A stretch of 64,000 nucleotides of DNA, from positions 480,001 to 544,000 of the forward strand of contig CAWFFN010000007.1 of assembly GCA_963815115.1 (NCBI GenBank). The letters are read 5' to 3'. How positions within the stretch are numbered: position 1 is the stretch's first letter; each line of letters starts with the position of its first letter. Positions 11,179-26,188 of the stretch are shown here, in pieces. Both the position numbers and the translations under genes were made by a program. A model generated the notes under the pieces. It ran no database searches, had not been told where the DNA came from, and saw only the letters and a program-made list of their open reading frames with translations. This DNA is from an uncultured delta proteobacterium (GTDB lineage Bacteria > Desulfobacterota > Binatia > DP-6).

Positions 11179-11207
11179 GGGGCGAGGGACTCGCGCGGAC
11201 GGATCGG

Positions 11208-12761
11208 GTGGCGGACCGGCGAGCAGGCATCCTGCTGCCACTCTTCAGCCTGCGCAGCCCGCGGGACTGGGGAGTGGGGGAGCTCGGCGACGTCGGGCGG
11301 TGGTGCGCCTGGCAGGCGTCGGCGGGGCACACGGTCCTTCAGCTCCTGCCCATCGCGGAGATCGGGGGACACGAGAGCAGCCCGTACGCCGCGCTGAGCG
11401 CGTTCGCGCTCGACCCGCTCTACCTCACTCTGGACGGGGTCGAGGACTTCGCCGCGGCGGGCGGCGAGGCCGCCCTCTCGGCGGCCGCGCGGCGCGATCT
11501 CGAGACCGCGCGGGCGGCGCCGGGGATCGATCGCGCGAGGATCCGGCGCGTCAAGGGCGAGGCGCTCGCCCTGGCGCACGCCCACTTCGAAGCCCACGAG
11601 GCGGCGTCCGGTTCGTCGCGCGGCCGTGCCTTCGAGCGTTTCGTCGAGGCCGACCGCTGGCTCGACGACTACGTGCTGTTCCGTGCCCTGGCGCGGCAAC
11701 ACGCCGAGCGGGCGTGGACCGACTGGCCGGCGGGGCTGCGCGACCGCGATCCGGTGGCACTCGAGCGCGTGCGGGTGGCGCTCGCGCCCGCGCTCCGGTT
11801 GCTCGCCTGGGTGCAGTGGGTGCTCGCCGTGCAGTGGGAGGAGGCGCGGCGCGCCGCCGCGGCGGTCGGGGTCCGGCTCTTCGGCGACATCCCCTTCATG
11901 GTTTCCGAGAACAGCGCGGACGTCTGGTGCCGGCAGGACGAGTTTCGCCTGGATGCCACGATCGGAGCGCCGCCGGATGCGTTCTCTCCGGAGGGTCAGG
12001 ACTGGGGCCTGCCGATCATCCGCTGGGACGTCATGCAGGGCGGGGACCACGCCTGGTGGCGCGAACGGTGCCGGCGCGCGGCGGCGCTCTTCGACGGCGT
12101 CCGCCTCGACCACGTGCTCGGCTACTACCGGGTCTACCAACGGCCGTGCGAGGGGCCGCCGTTCTTCGACCCGCCGGACGAGGGCGCGCAGCGCGCCCGT
12201 GGCGAGATGCTGCTGGAGGTCGCCGCCGAGGCGGCCGGCTCCCTGCAGCTGATCGGGGAGGACCTGGGCTCGGTGCCGGACTTCGTTCGCCAGTCCCTGT
12301 CGCGGCTCGCCGTCCCCGGCTTCCGGGTGCTGCGGTGGGAGCACGACCGGGGCATCTTCCGCGATCCGCACGGCTACCCCGAGCTGTCGGTCGCCACCAG
12401 CGGCACGCACGACACCTCGTCCCTGGCCGCCTGGTGGGAGGACGAGCTCGACGACGACGGCCGGCGCGCGCTCGCCGCGGTGCCGGCGTTCGCGGCGCTG
12501 CGCGACGGCGCCGATCGGCTGACGCCCGAGGTCCACGCCACATTGCTCGCCGGCCTCTATGCCGCGGGGTCGGGGCTCGTCGTGCTCCCCTTCATGGACG
12601 CCTATGGCGGCAGGGAGCGCATCAACGTGCCGTCGACCGTGAGCGCGGCCAACTGGTCGTATCGCCTGCCCTGGACGGTGGACGAGCTACGGGGCGAGTC
12701 GGGTGCCGCTCTCGCGGACCGGCTCCGCGCGCTGGCGCGTTCGTCGGGGCGGATCGGCTAG
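11208..12761 (+). CDS. malQ: 4-alpha-glucanotransferase (GH77)
   Basis: AGILLPLFSL, SSPY, GAPPDAFS..GQDWGLP, RLDH, IGEDLG, GTHD and RINVP; GTG start inferred. Confidence 0.93.
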   Translation: MADRRAGILLPLFSLRSPRDWGVGELGDVGRWCAWQASAGHTVLQLLPIAEIGGHESSPYAALSAFALDPLYLTLDGVEDFAAAGGEAALSAAARRDLETARAAPGIDRARIRRVKGEALALAHAHFEAHEAASGSSRGRAFERFVEADRWLDDYVLFRALARQHAERAWTDWPAGLRDRDPVALERVRVALAPALRLLAWVQWVLAVQWEEARRAAAAVGVRLFGDIPFMVSENSADVWCRQDEFRLDATIGAPPDAFSPEGQDWGLPIIRWDVMQGGDHAWWRERCRRAAALFDGVRLDHVLGYYRVYQRPCEGPPFFDPPDEGAQRARGEMLLEVAAEAAGSLQLIGEDLGSVPDFVRQSLSRLAVPGFRVLRWEHDRGIFRDPHGYPELSVATSGTHDTSSLAAWWEDELDDDGRRALAAVPAFAALRDGADRLTPEVHATLLAGLYAAGSGLVVLPFMDAYGGRERINVPSTVSAANWSYRLPWTVDELRGESGAALADRLRALARSSGRIG

Positions 12762-12789
12762 CCGCCGGGCGCTCCCGTCCGGAGTCCGC

Positions 12790-13047
12790 TCAGCGGTCTC
12801 GGGAGCCGCGCCGCGTGGCGAGCAGGCGCCGCAGACCGATCAGGAGGAGCTGGGCCGCCCCGCATGCCTCGCGCGTGCCGGAGCTCTCGACCTCGAAACG
12901 TCCGTCCGGGAGCTCGCGCACCTCGACCCCGCGCGCAGTCAGGAACGCCCGCACCTGCGCCAGCTCCGCCGCACGCAGCTCGAGTGTCCGCTCGGCGTCC
13001 CAACGCCGAACGATTGCATCCGCCACCACCTCGATCCCTTCTCGCAT
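12790..13047 (-). CDS. Hypothetical protein (85 aa)
   Basis: Protein-like composition; promoter-like TTGTCC-N18-TAGGGT ends 9 nt before the ATG. Confidence 0.65.
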   Translation of the reverse strand: MREGIEVVADAIVRRWDAERTLELRAAELAQVRAFLTARGVEVRELPDGRFEVESSGTREACGAAQLLLIGLRRLLATRRGSRDR

Positions 13048-13056
13048 GGCGGCGGG

Positions 13057-13086
13057 ACCCTACCGCGGACGAGGCCATCGGGACAA
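13057..13086 (-). promoter_or_regulatory. Putative sigma70-type promoter (near-leaderless)
   Basis: TTGTCC-N18-TAGGGT, 9 nt upstream of ATG 13047. Confidence 0.45.
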
Positions 13087-13156
13087 GAGTAGTGTGACGA
13101 AGACCTCGTGAAAGGCCGGTGAACCCCCGAACGGGGTCCCGGGCCGGAAAACGGGG

Positions 13157-15055
13157 TCAGGGATAGCGAAGGCCCCCCTGCCTGGTGGTCCGGAGGTCCC
13201 CGGTCATCACGGCGCAGCGGTTCGAGGCCGCGCCGGCCCCCGGAGCGCTGAACCCGACGGTCACCCGCATGCCGCCGGGCCTGGGCATCCGGAGGTCCAT
13301 GCCCCGGCCGACCGTCCGGGTCCGGAGGACCCCGCTCGCCATCGGCTTGAGCCGCATGCCTTCGATGGCTCGGGCGCTGGCGACGAGGTGCTTGCGGTCG
13401 CGGAAGCGGAAGTCGCCGTGCCGCTTGCGGAACTGGCCGGCCGGCAGCTCGGCGCAGAGCACCTCGGGGCCCCCGTCGGCCCGCATCTGCAGGAAGACGT
13501 CCTCGCTGAGCGGTGCCGCCGCGAATCCCGGGCTGCCGAGCCGCCCCCGCAGCCTGAGCACCATCCCGCCGTTCCGGCGGAGCTTCAGCCGGGCGCGCCG
13601 CAGCGTGCCCGCGAAGCTCTGGGCATCGGTGCAGCAGGCGGGATCCTCGAAGTCGACGAGGCCATTGCCGTCGTCGTCGAGGCAGTTGCCGCAGATCTCG
13701 GGCGGGCTGGCGATCGCGGCAGGCGGGCAGCTCGAGCGATCGACGCGGCGGCAGTCCGCAGCGCAGGTGAGGGTGCCTCCCGGGCACGTGCGGCCGTCCA
13801 GGTCGTCGCCATCACAGACCTCGCCGCACTCGTCGTCGATCACGCCGTTGCCGCACTCCAGCTCGCCATCCGCGTCGCAGCCGTCGCAGTCGACGGTATT
13901 GCCGTCGTCGCACTCCTCGTCACAGTCCAGCACGCCATTGCCCACTGTCTCGATGCTGCAGCGTGCCGAGCAGCCGTCGCAGCTCTCGGCGTTGCCGTCG
14001 TCACACTGCTCGCCGGGATCGAGCGTGCCGTCCCCGCAGCGCGGCGGGGAGGGCGGTTGCTGCGGAGTACACGGCCCGGTGGTGAACGCCCCGCAGCCGC
14101 TGCAGGTGAGAAACGAGCCGCCCGGCGACGTGCAGGCGACGTCGCCGTCGCACACCTCGCCGGGGCCGACGACGCCGTCGCCGCAGATCGGCGCGGGCGG
14201 CAGCGTCGTCGTGGTGGTCGTCGATGCGGTCTCGGCCGCGACGAACTGCACGGTGGTGCGCTTGAAGCGCATGCCGGCGGCGGCGAAGCTGCCCTCGAGG
14301 CTGGCGCGTGTGCCCGCCCGGAAGCGGGCCGACGGCGCGCATACCGCGGCGGCCAGGGACCCGCGGCGCGAGACGCGGAGGAGGGAGCCGGCGAGGAAGA
14401 CGTGCACCTGTCCGGCGGAGACCCCGGAGTCATGAAGCGGCCCGACGCGCGCTGCGTTGCTCGCCGTCAGGCTCTCGGTCACGTAGAGGGTCGAGGGTCC
14501 ACGGACGAGGACCTGACCGTTGCGCGAGGCGCGCAGGTTGCAGATCGCGTAGGTGCCCGAGAGGAGGAGCGTGCCCGGCCCGCCGGCGCCACCCTCCACC
14601 CGCACGTCGCCATAGACGCCGGCAGCAAGCGCAACGGTCGCGCCGTGCGGGACGATGACCGGAGCGTGCAGGGGATCGCAGGCCGGGAACGGGTCGGGGA
14701 AGCCGCAGGCCTCGGCGACGCTCGTGAACGGCTGGGCGAACGGCTTCGCCCGGCCGCACGTCGCGCTCGCGCCGCGGCTCGCGGTGGCGAACAGCGCGCT
14801 GCACGAAGACCTCGCATCGAGGCGCACCAGCTTGGCGGCGATGCGCGACGAGGGCGCCGCGAGCTCGTGGCTCGACGAGAAGAAGCCGTCGAGCACCGCA
14901 ACGTCGCCGCTCGACAGCGTGAGCCCGTTCGCGTTGATCCCGTCCGCCGCGAGCAGCGCGTAGTCCGAGAAGAGCGCCTGCGCCTCGGACGATCGCAAGG
15001 ATGCTGCGCAGGCGAGCAGGATGGTGGCGGCGGTGGCGAGACGAGCGAGGCGCAT
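13157..15055 (-). CDS. Secreted protein with Myxococcus-type cysteine-rich repeats
   Basis: Signal peptide MRLARLATAATILL; poly-Thr linker; CGDG...GEQCDDGN...DGCSA repeats; EICGNCLDDDGNGLVD motif; basic C-terminal domain. Confidence 0.85.
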   Translation of the reverse strand: MRLARLATAATILLACAASLRSSEAQALFSDYALLAADGINANGLTLSSGDVAVLDGFFSSSHELAAPSSRIAAKLVRLDARSSCSALFATASRGASATCGRAKPFAQPFTSVAEACGFPDPFPACDPLHAPVIVPHGATVALAAGVYGDVRVEGGAGGPGTLLLSGTYAICNLRASRNGQVLVRGPSTLYVTESLTASNAARVGPLHDSGVSAGQVHVFLAGSLLRVSRRGSLAAAVCAPSARFRAGTRASLEGSFAAAGMRFKRTTVQFVAAETASTTTTTTLPPAPICGDGVVGPGEVCDGDVACTSPGGSFLTCSGCGAFTTGPCTPQQPPSPPRCGDGTLDPGEQCDDGNAESCDGCSARCSIETVGNGVLDCDEECDDGNTVDCDGCDADGELECGNGVIDDECGEVCDGDDLDGRTCPGGTLTCAADCRRVDRSSCPPAAIASPPEICGNCLDDDGNGLVDFEDPACCTDAQSFAGTLRRARLKLRRNGGMVLRLRGRLGSPGFAAAPLSEDVFLQMRADGGPEVLCAELPAGQFRKRHGDFRFRDRKHLVASARAIEGMRLKPMASGVLRTRTVGRGMDLRMPRPGGMRVTVGFSAPGAGAASNRCAVMTGDLRTTRQGGLRYP

Positions 15056-15104
15056 CGATGAGTTCCCCCCGGGCGGATGCGGTGGTGACGTCGGCGCCAG
15101 AGAG

Positions 15105-15120
15105 TGCAAGCCACGTGCCC
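15105..15120 (-). promoter_or_regulatory. Putative sigma-54 promoter
   Basis: Minus strand GGGCACGTGGCTTGCA matches TGGCACG-N4-TTGCW except the first base; 50 nt upstream of ATG 15055. Confidence 0.65.
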
Positions 15121-15316
15121 CGTGAAAACGCGGCACGCGCCTGCGAGCACGCGCGCGGGCGGTCGCATGCACGCCGGGTTCATGCAGGCGTGCCGCACCA
15201 GCGCTCACGTCGTCGCGTCGTCCTCCGGCGCGGTCTCTGGCATGCGCAAGATGTGCTCGCCGAACACATCTCCTGGCATCCCCTGCCGATCCGGTCAGCT
15301 TGCGACGGTGGCGACG

Positions 15317-16225
15317 ATGAGTCTATCACGACCGGCCGTGACGCTGACCAGGCGTACGTTGCTCAGGACAGCCGCAGCCGCCGGCGCGAGCGCGCTCGCG
15401 GCGTGCGCGCCGCGCGTCGCGGGGCGCGGCGCCCGGTCCGCACCCATCACCCGCACGCTGCCGTTCGAGCGCATCGCGTACGGCAGCGACCCGCAGCAAT
15501 TCGGCGAGCTGCGAAGGCCGCCGGGGACCGCTCCGTGTCCGGTGGTGGTCGTCGTGCACGGCGGCTTCTGGCTCTCGCAGTATGACCTGAGCCTCATGGT
15601 CCCGGTGTGCGAAGCGCTCACCAGCGAGGGGCTGGCGACGTGGAACGTCGAGTATCGGCGCCTGGGCGACCCGGGTGGCGGCTGGGCCGGGACCTTGCTC
15701 GACGTCGGTGCCGCCGTCGACCATCTACGCTCGTTCGCGCCCCACCATGGGCTCGAGGTGCGCCGCACCATCACCCTCGGGCACTCCGCCGGTGGCCAGC
15801 TCGCGCTCTGGATCGCGGGCCGGCGCTGGATACGGACCGGCGACCTCGCGAGGCCCCGGCCGTTCAAGCCGCGCGGGGCCGTGTCGCTCGCTGGCATCGT
15901 CGACCTGCGCAGGGCCTACGACCTCGGCTTGCAGTCGGTGGCGAACCTGATGGGTGGGTCGCCGGCCGAGTTTCCGGCACGCTACGACGCCGCGTCGCCC
16001 GCCGCGCTCCTTCCGCTCGGCATCCCGCAGCTCCTCGTCCACGGTACCGCCGATCCCCTCGTGCCCGAGGCGCTGAGCGCGGAGTACCAGCGCGAGGCCA
16101 AGGCTCGCGGCGACGAGGTCCGACTCGTGCCGCTCGAGAACATCGGGCACTTCGAGCTGATCGATCCGAAGTCGGCGGCGTGGCCGACCGTGCGCGACGG
16201 CGTGCGCGCGCTGCTCGCCTCCTGA
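15317..16225 (+). CDS. Tat-exported lipoprotein alpha/beta hydrolase
   Basis: TRRTLL twin-arginine signal and LAAC lipobox; HGGFW, GHSAGG, HGTADPLVP and GHFELIDP. Confidence 0.88.
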   Translation: MSLSRPAVTLTRRTLLRTAAAAGASALAACAPRVAGRGARSAPITRTLPFERIAYGSDPQQFGELRRPPGTAPCPVVVVVHGGFWLSQYDLSLMVPVCEALTSEGLATWNVEYRRLGDPGGGWAGTLLDVGAAVDHLRSFAPHHGLEVRRTITLGHSAGGQLALWIAGRRWIRTGDLARPRPFKPRGAVSLAGIVDLRRAYDLGLQSVANLMGGSPAEFPARYDAASPAALLPLGIPQLLVHGTADPLVPEALSAEYQREAKARGDEVRLVPLENIGHFELIDPKSAAWPTVRDGVRALLAS

Positions 16226-16278
16226 GGCGCACGGTTGGGGGGACCCCGCGTACGTGCATCGTCTCGAGCTGGAACAGT

Positions 16279-21831
<5,553 letters not shown>

Positions 21832-21911
21832 GGGTGAATCCCGCAGTATAGCCGAGGCGGCTGCCCGCGGAAGGGCCGGCCGTCGTCGGCGAGCCCGCGG
21901 CGCGCTCCCCG

Positions 21912-22997
21912 CTATGCCGAGCGGTGCGTCTCGGGCTCGGGCAGAACGAGCGTGAGACCGGAGGCGAGGCGCCGCGTCGTGGTGACGGCGGTCTCGTCGT
22001 CGTAGCCGACCTGCTCGCCGTCGGGAATCACCGCGCCCGCGCACACCAGCGCGCGACGCACGCGCGCGCAGCGGCCGATGCGGCAGCCGTCGAGCAGCAG
22101 TGAGTCCTCGACCTCTGCGCCGACGTCGACGAGGGTGCCGCGGCCGACCACGCAGCGGATGACGGACCCGCCACGGATGACGGCGCCCTCGCCGAGAAGC
22201 GCATTGAGGGCCTGACCCGGGTGGGACGACGCGCCGCACACGACCTTGGCAGGCGGCAGGCCCTCGCTCGCACCGACCAGGGGCCAGGTCGGATCGTAGA
22301 GGTCGAGACCCGGCGCGTCGGTGCACAGCTCCATGTGCGCGGCATAGTAGGCCTCGACGGAGCTGGGCTCGTGCCAGTAGGGGCGGCGGGCGCCGGCAGC
22401 CGCGGTGGCGAGATCGCGTGCCACGACGCGGTGGCGGCGGACGAATGCCGACACCAGGGTCGAGTCGTCCTCGCCTGGCACCTCGGCGGCGGCGGACAGG
22501 AGGCCGGGTAGGCTGCCCGCCCGCACCACCAGATCGCCGGTCCAGTTCAGCGCACCATGCGACTCGGCGGGCCCGTCGGCGGGCTCGACCCGTACCGTCC
22601 CGCTCGCGTCCACCGCCAGCCGGCAGCCGCCGGAGGAGCCGTCGTCGGGCAGGCAGAGGAGGGCGAGGTCGATGCCGTCCGCCTCCGGGTGGCTGAGCAC
22701 GGGGCGCAGATCGGCGTCGAGGATGTGATCGGCGACCAGCACCACGACGAGCGTCGACGGCTCGTATGGCGCGGAGCCCGCGCACGCGCGCAACGCCGGG
22801 AGCAGGCGCGCCCCCGGACGGGGCGCCGCGCGCCCGCCGGTGCCGTCGAGCACGCGCAGCCCCGAGTTGCGCAGCGTGGTGCGCGCAAAGTCTCCGAGCC
22901 GGTAGCGCGCCGCGAACGGCGCGCATGCCACGTCTGCCGGTACCCCGAGCGGCGCGAGCGACTCGCTCGTGCCTCCGCCGACCACGACACCAACCAT
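21912..22997 (-). CDS. Degenerate glucose-1-phosphate adenylyltransferase-like protein (GlgC/GlgD-like)
   Basis: Colinear with GlgC ([11 protein letters not shown]...NSG, ADHI, YW...[26 protein letters not shown]-terminal beta-helix) but active-site motifs are eroded. Confidence 0.8.
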   Translation of the reverse strand: MVGVVVGGGTSESLAPLGVPADVACAPFAARYRLGDFARTTLRNSGLRVLDGTGGRAAPRPGARLLPALRACAGSAPYEPSTLVVVLVADHILDADLRPVLSHPEADGIDLALLCLPDDGSSGGCRLAVDASGTVRVEPADGPAESHGALNWTGDLVVRAGSLPGLLSAAAEVPGEDDSTLVSAFVRRHRVVARDLATAAAGARRPYWHEPSSVEAYYAAHMELCTDAPGLDLYDPTWPLVGASEGLPPAKVVCGASSHPGQALNALLGEGAVIRGGSVIRCVVGRGTLVDVGAEVEDSLLLDGCRIGRCARVRRALVCAGAVIPDGEQVGYDDETAVTTTRRLASGLTLVLPEPETHRSA

Positions 22998-23099
22998 CGG
23001 CCCCCCGCTGCTGCGTGCGTCCCCGGAGTGGCATCCGATCGGGCGCTCACTCGCACCGCCAGATCCACCGCACCAGCCTCAACGTGCGGAACGCCGCCG

Positions 23100-23127
23100 A
23101 GTGTACCAGGGTGAACGGACTTGGCAA
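23100..23127 (-). promoter_or_regulatory. Putative sigma70-type promoter for the glgC-like gene
   Basis: TTGCCA-N16-TACACT with TG extension. Confidence 0.5.
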
Positions 23128-23152
23128 GGAACCCGGCGCCAATCGCCGGCGG

Positions 23153-23698
23153 TTACTGGTAGGCGACCTTGCGTGCCGTGAGGACCTGGATGTCCGCGAT
23201 CAGCTCGCGGACCGCGGAACGCGTCTGCCGGGCATTGCGCCGCAGCTCGCGCTCGAGCTGGATCCGGCGCCCGTCACGCAGGGAGCGGTTGCGGAGCTGG
23301 AGGTGGGCGCGCTGCATCTCCGCACGCCGATCGAGCAGGCGGTCGACCTTGGCCAGCGCGAGGAGTCGCACGCGGGGCTGAGGCGATCCATCGGCGACCG
23401 CGAGGAGGCGCGACAGCAACCCGACGTGGTGGCGGTTGACGTCGTCGGCCAGCTTGGCGTCCGCCCGCACGATGATCAGGCAGAAGGACGCCTCGTATTC
23501 CCGCAGCGCGGCCTCGACCTGGCGCGCCCGCAGCGCGGCGTCGCCGCGCGTCACACGTCCGATCGCCCGGCGCAGCCGCATCCGCTCGACGGTCGACAGG
23601 ATGGGACGGAGCAGGGGCTGGGCGATCAGGAGCGACAGGCCGACGACCAGCGTCAGTGCCATCGGAAGCAGCACGAGGGCCACCAGCGCGGTCGACAT
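23153..23698 (-). CDS. Hypothetical N-terminally membrane-anchored helical protein
   Basis: N-terminal TM segment; Arg/Leu-rich helical body; own promoter-like element. Confidence 0.7.
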   Translation of the reverse strand: MSTALVALVLLPMALTLVVGLSLLIAQPLLRPILSTVERMRLRRAIGRVTRGDAALRARQVEAALREYEASFCLIIVRADAKLADDVNRHHVGLLSRLLAVADGSPQPRVRLLALAKVDRLLDRRAEMQRAHLQLRNRSLRDGRRIQLERELRRNARQTRSAVRELIADIQVLTARKVAYQ

Positions 23699-23710
23699 GC
23701 GAGCACTGCG

Positions 23711-23739
23711 ACTCTACGGCAACGATCAAATACTGACAA
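23711..23739 (-). promoter_or_regulatory. Putative sigma70-type promoter
   Basis: TTGTCA-N17-TAGAGT, 12 nt upstream of ATG 23698. Confidence 0.55.
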
Positions 23740-23748
23740 GGGGTGATG

Positions 23749-25323
23749 TCAGCAGACGACGCGGTGATCGAGGGCCGGGAAGACGCCATGCCGATCCTCG
23801 AGTGCCGCGAGCGCCGGAAGATCGATCGTGCCGCGCTCGACGGCATCGCAGAGCCACCGACAATGGTCCAGGCTCTCCACCGTCCGCCGGGTGCCGTACT
23901 CCCCGGTGGTCTCGCGCGCCATCATGAAGGCCCAGTCGCTCGCCTGCGCCAGCAGCAGCTCGCGCAGCGCCTGCGTGAGGGCGCGGCGGACGGCGGGGTC
24001 GGCCGGGACGCCATCGCAGCACAGGCGCACGAGGCGACGGGCGGCACCGTCCAGGTGGGAGTATATCCAGTCGTTGGCCGGTCCGAGCCAGACCTCGTGG
24101 TGCCCCTTTGCCCCCCACGTGCTCGCCGCCGGCGTGGCCTGCTGGACGATCGGATGGCGGTCGAGGTCGTCCGAGAGCGTGGTCGCCGTGACCTCCGGGC
24201 TGGTCGGGAGCTGCCGGAGGACTTCCTCGAGCCAGACCGGTCCCTCGTACCACCAGTGTCCGAAGAGCTCGGCATCGTACGGGCAGACGAGGATCGGCGG
24301 GCGGTCCATGCGGCGGCGGAGCCATGCGACCTGCGCACGCCGCGCGGCGACGAAGTGCGCCGCATCCTCGATGGCCCGCGACCGGGCACGCTCGGGGTCG
24401 TAGGGCTCCTTCAGGTCGGTGTTGCCGGTGATGCGGTGATACTTGAGGCCGGTGGCCGTGCGACGGTCACCCGACACGAACGGGCGGAGGGCTTCTTCCG
24501 GCAGGTCGAAGCCGATGTCGCGATGAAAGTCGCGATACCAGGGATCGCGCGGGTAGCCGACCTCCGCGCTCCAGACCTGGGTGGCGCTGTCGGGGTCGCG
24601 CCCGAAGGCAGCCACCCCGGAGGGGCAGGCGACCGGCGCATAGGCTCCGTAGACGGGTTGCGGCGTGGCGTGGGTCAGCCCGTGCGTGTCGACCACGAAG
24701 TAGCGGCAACCCACGCGGGCGAGCTCCGCATCGAGGCCGGGCTCGTAGGCGCACTCGGGAAGCCAGAAGCCCGGCGCGGGCCGGCCGAAGTAGCGCCGGT
24801 ACTCGGCGGTGCCGATCTCGATCTGGGCGCGCACCAGGGAAGGCGAGGCGGCGAGCAGCGGGAGCACGGCATGGGTTGCAGCGGTCGTGATGATCTCGAT
24901 CCGTCCGCGCTCCTGGTGGCCCCGGAGCACGCCGGCGACGTCCTGCCGCCAGTCGTCGAGAAAGCGCGCGCGGGTCCGGATGAAGCGCCGGAGATACATC
25001 TCCGCGCATCGATGCCAGGCCGGCTCGTCGCGGGTACGGCGTTCCTCGCGCTTGCTGAGGCCGACCAGCCGATCGAGATGCTCGAGATAGCGGCCACGCA
25101 GCAGGCGGTCGCCCAGCATCGCGAGCAGGGTCGGGCTGAGCGAGAGCGTGAACGGGGCATGCACGCGATCGCGCTCGAGGGCGGCGAGCATGTCGAGCAG
25201 GGGCAGATAGGTTTCCGTGAGGGCCTCGAAGAGCCAGCGCTCCTCGAGCGACTCGCGATGCTCGGGGTGGCGGACGAAGGGAAGGTGGGCGTGCAGCAGC
25301 AGCGCGATGCCTCCCTGCACCAT
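23749..25323 (-). CDS. GH57 1,4-alpha-glucan branching enzyme (DUF1957 C-terminus)
   Basis: HAHLPFVRH, ETYLPL, GFWLPECAY (catalytic Glu), PYDAELFGHWWYEG (catalytic Asp) and ASDWAF. Confidence 0.93.
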   Translation of the reverse strand: MVQGGIALLLHAHLPFVRHPEHRESLEERWLFEALTETYLPLLDMLAALERDRVHAPFTLSLSPTLLAMLGDRLLRGRYLEHLDRLVGLSKREERRTRDEPAWHRCAEMYLRRFIRTRARFLDDWRQDVAGVLRGHQERGRIEIITTAATHAVLPLLAASPSLVRAQIEIGTAEYRRYFGRPAPGFWLPECAYEPGLDAELARVGCRYFVVDTHGLTHATPQPVYGAYAPVACPSGVAAFGRDPDSATQVWSAEVGYPRDPWYRDFHRDIGFDLPEEALRPFVSGDRRTATGLKYHRITGNTDLKEPYDPERARSRAIEDAAHFVAARRAQVAWLRRRMDRPPILVCPYDAELFGHWWYEGPVWLEEVLRQLPTSPEVTATTLSDDLDRHPIVQQATPAASTWGAKGHHEVWLGPANDWIYSHLDGAARRLVRLCCDGVPADPAVRRALTQALRELLLAQASDWAFMMARETTGEYGTRRTVESLDHCRWLCDAVERGTIDLPALAALEDRHGVFPALDHRVVC

Positions 25324-25340
25324 CCTCGGCCTCGCTCGGC

Positions 25341-26132
25341 TCAGCGGAGCGGCAGCGCGTCGCTCGCACGCGAGGTCCGCGGCAGCGAATCGCTCGACGG
25401 CACCTCGGCGCCGGACGGCGCGGGGTCACCGCGGCCGGCGGGCGCCGGCAGCCCGCTCGGTACCCGCTGTCCCGACCAGGTGCCCGCGACGTCGGTCGCG
25501 ACGGCCTCGCTGCCGAGCGCGACCCAGCGCACGGCCAGATCCGACGAAGGCCAGGCGGCCGGCGTCGTGACGGTGTTCGATGACATCAGCGGGACGAAGC
25601 GTCCGGTCCGGGTCCGCAGCCCGACCTCCACGCGGTAGGCTCGCCCGGGGCGTGCGACCGGGAAGTGGATGCGCTGTGCTCCCGGCTCGAGCTCGATGTC
25701 CCAGGACGGGAGGCCGTCTTCCTGCGGTCCGTGAACGCGAAGGACCTGACGGACGCCTTCGCCCTCGCTTCCCAGCTTCCGCAGGGCCTCGACGCGCTCG
25801 ATGGACGAGATCTCCCAGTGCGCGAACAGCCACCACGGATCGCGCGCCAGGAGGACCACGCGGTTCAGGTCGTAGGCGCGCGGAAGCGCTCGGCCGCCAT
25901 CGGGGAGCACGGCGGGAGGCGCCGCGTGCGGTGTCGGGGCGGGTGCGGCAGGCGGCTGGTCCTCGGCCGGCGCCTCGAGCTGCGGGCGCGGGGTGCCGGG
26001 TGTCAGGAGACGACGAAGCCCGCCAAAGAGAGGTCGGAGATGCTGCTCGATTCGCCGGGCCGCCGCGTACACGACGGCGTGGAGGGTCTCGAGCGCCGCC
26101 GCTCCCACGCTGGCAAGGTTGGTCGAGCTCAC
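25341..26132 (-). CDS. DUF4912 domain protein
   Basis: LPRAY..NRVVLLARDPWWLFAHWEI and YRVEVG...SNTVTTP; directly upstream of GH57. Confidence 0.85.
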   Translation of the reverse strand: MSSTNLASVGAAALETLHAVVYAAARRIEQHLRPLFGGLRRLLTPGTPRPQLEAPAEDQPPAAPAPTPHAAPPAVLPDGGRALPRAYDLNRVVLLARDPWWLFAHWEISSIERVEALRKLGSEGEGVRQVLRVHGPQEDGLPSWDIELEPGAQRIHFPVARPGRAYRVEVGLRTRTGRFVPLMSSNTVTTPAAWPSSDLAVRWVALGSEAVATDVAGTWSGQRVPSGLPAPAGRGDPAPSGAEVPSSDSLPRTSRASDALPLR

Positions 26133-26138
26133 ACGGCG

Positions 26139-26167
26139 ATGCTAGCGGCTGGATCGCGGTGCGGCAA
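26139..26167 (-). promoter_or_regulatory. Putative sigma70-type leaderless promoter
   Basis: TTGCCG-N17-TAGCAT, 6 nt upstream of GTG 26132. Confidence 0.6.
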
Positions 26168-26188
26168 GAATTCGCCCGTCGGGGGACC

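Noticed and set aside
21832-23034. 400-aa N-terminal extension of UvrA
   Set aside because: Off-frame read of the glgC-like gene. UvrA homology starts at 21831, just after a TATACT box.
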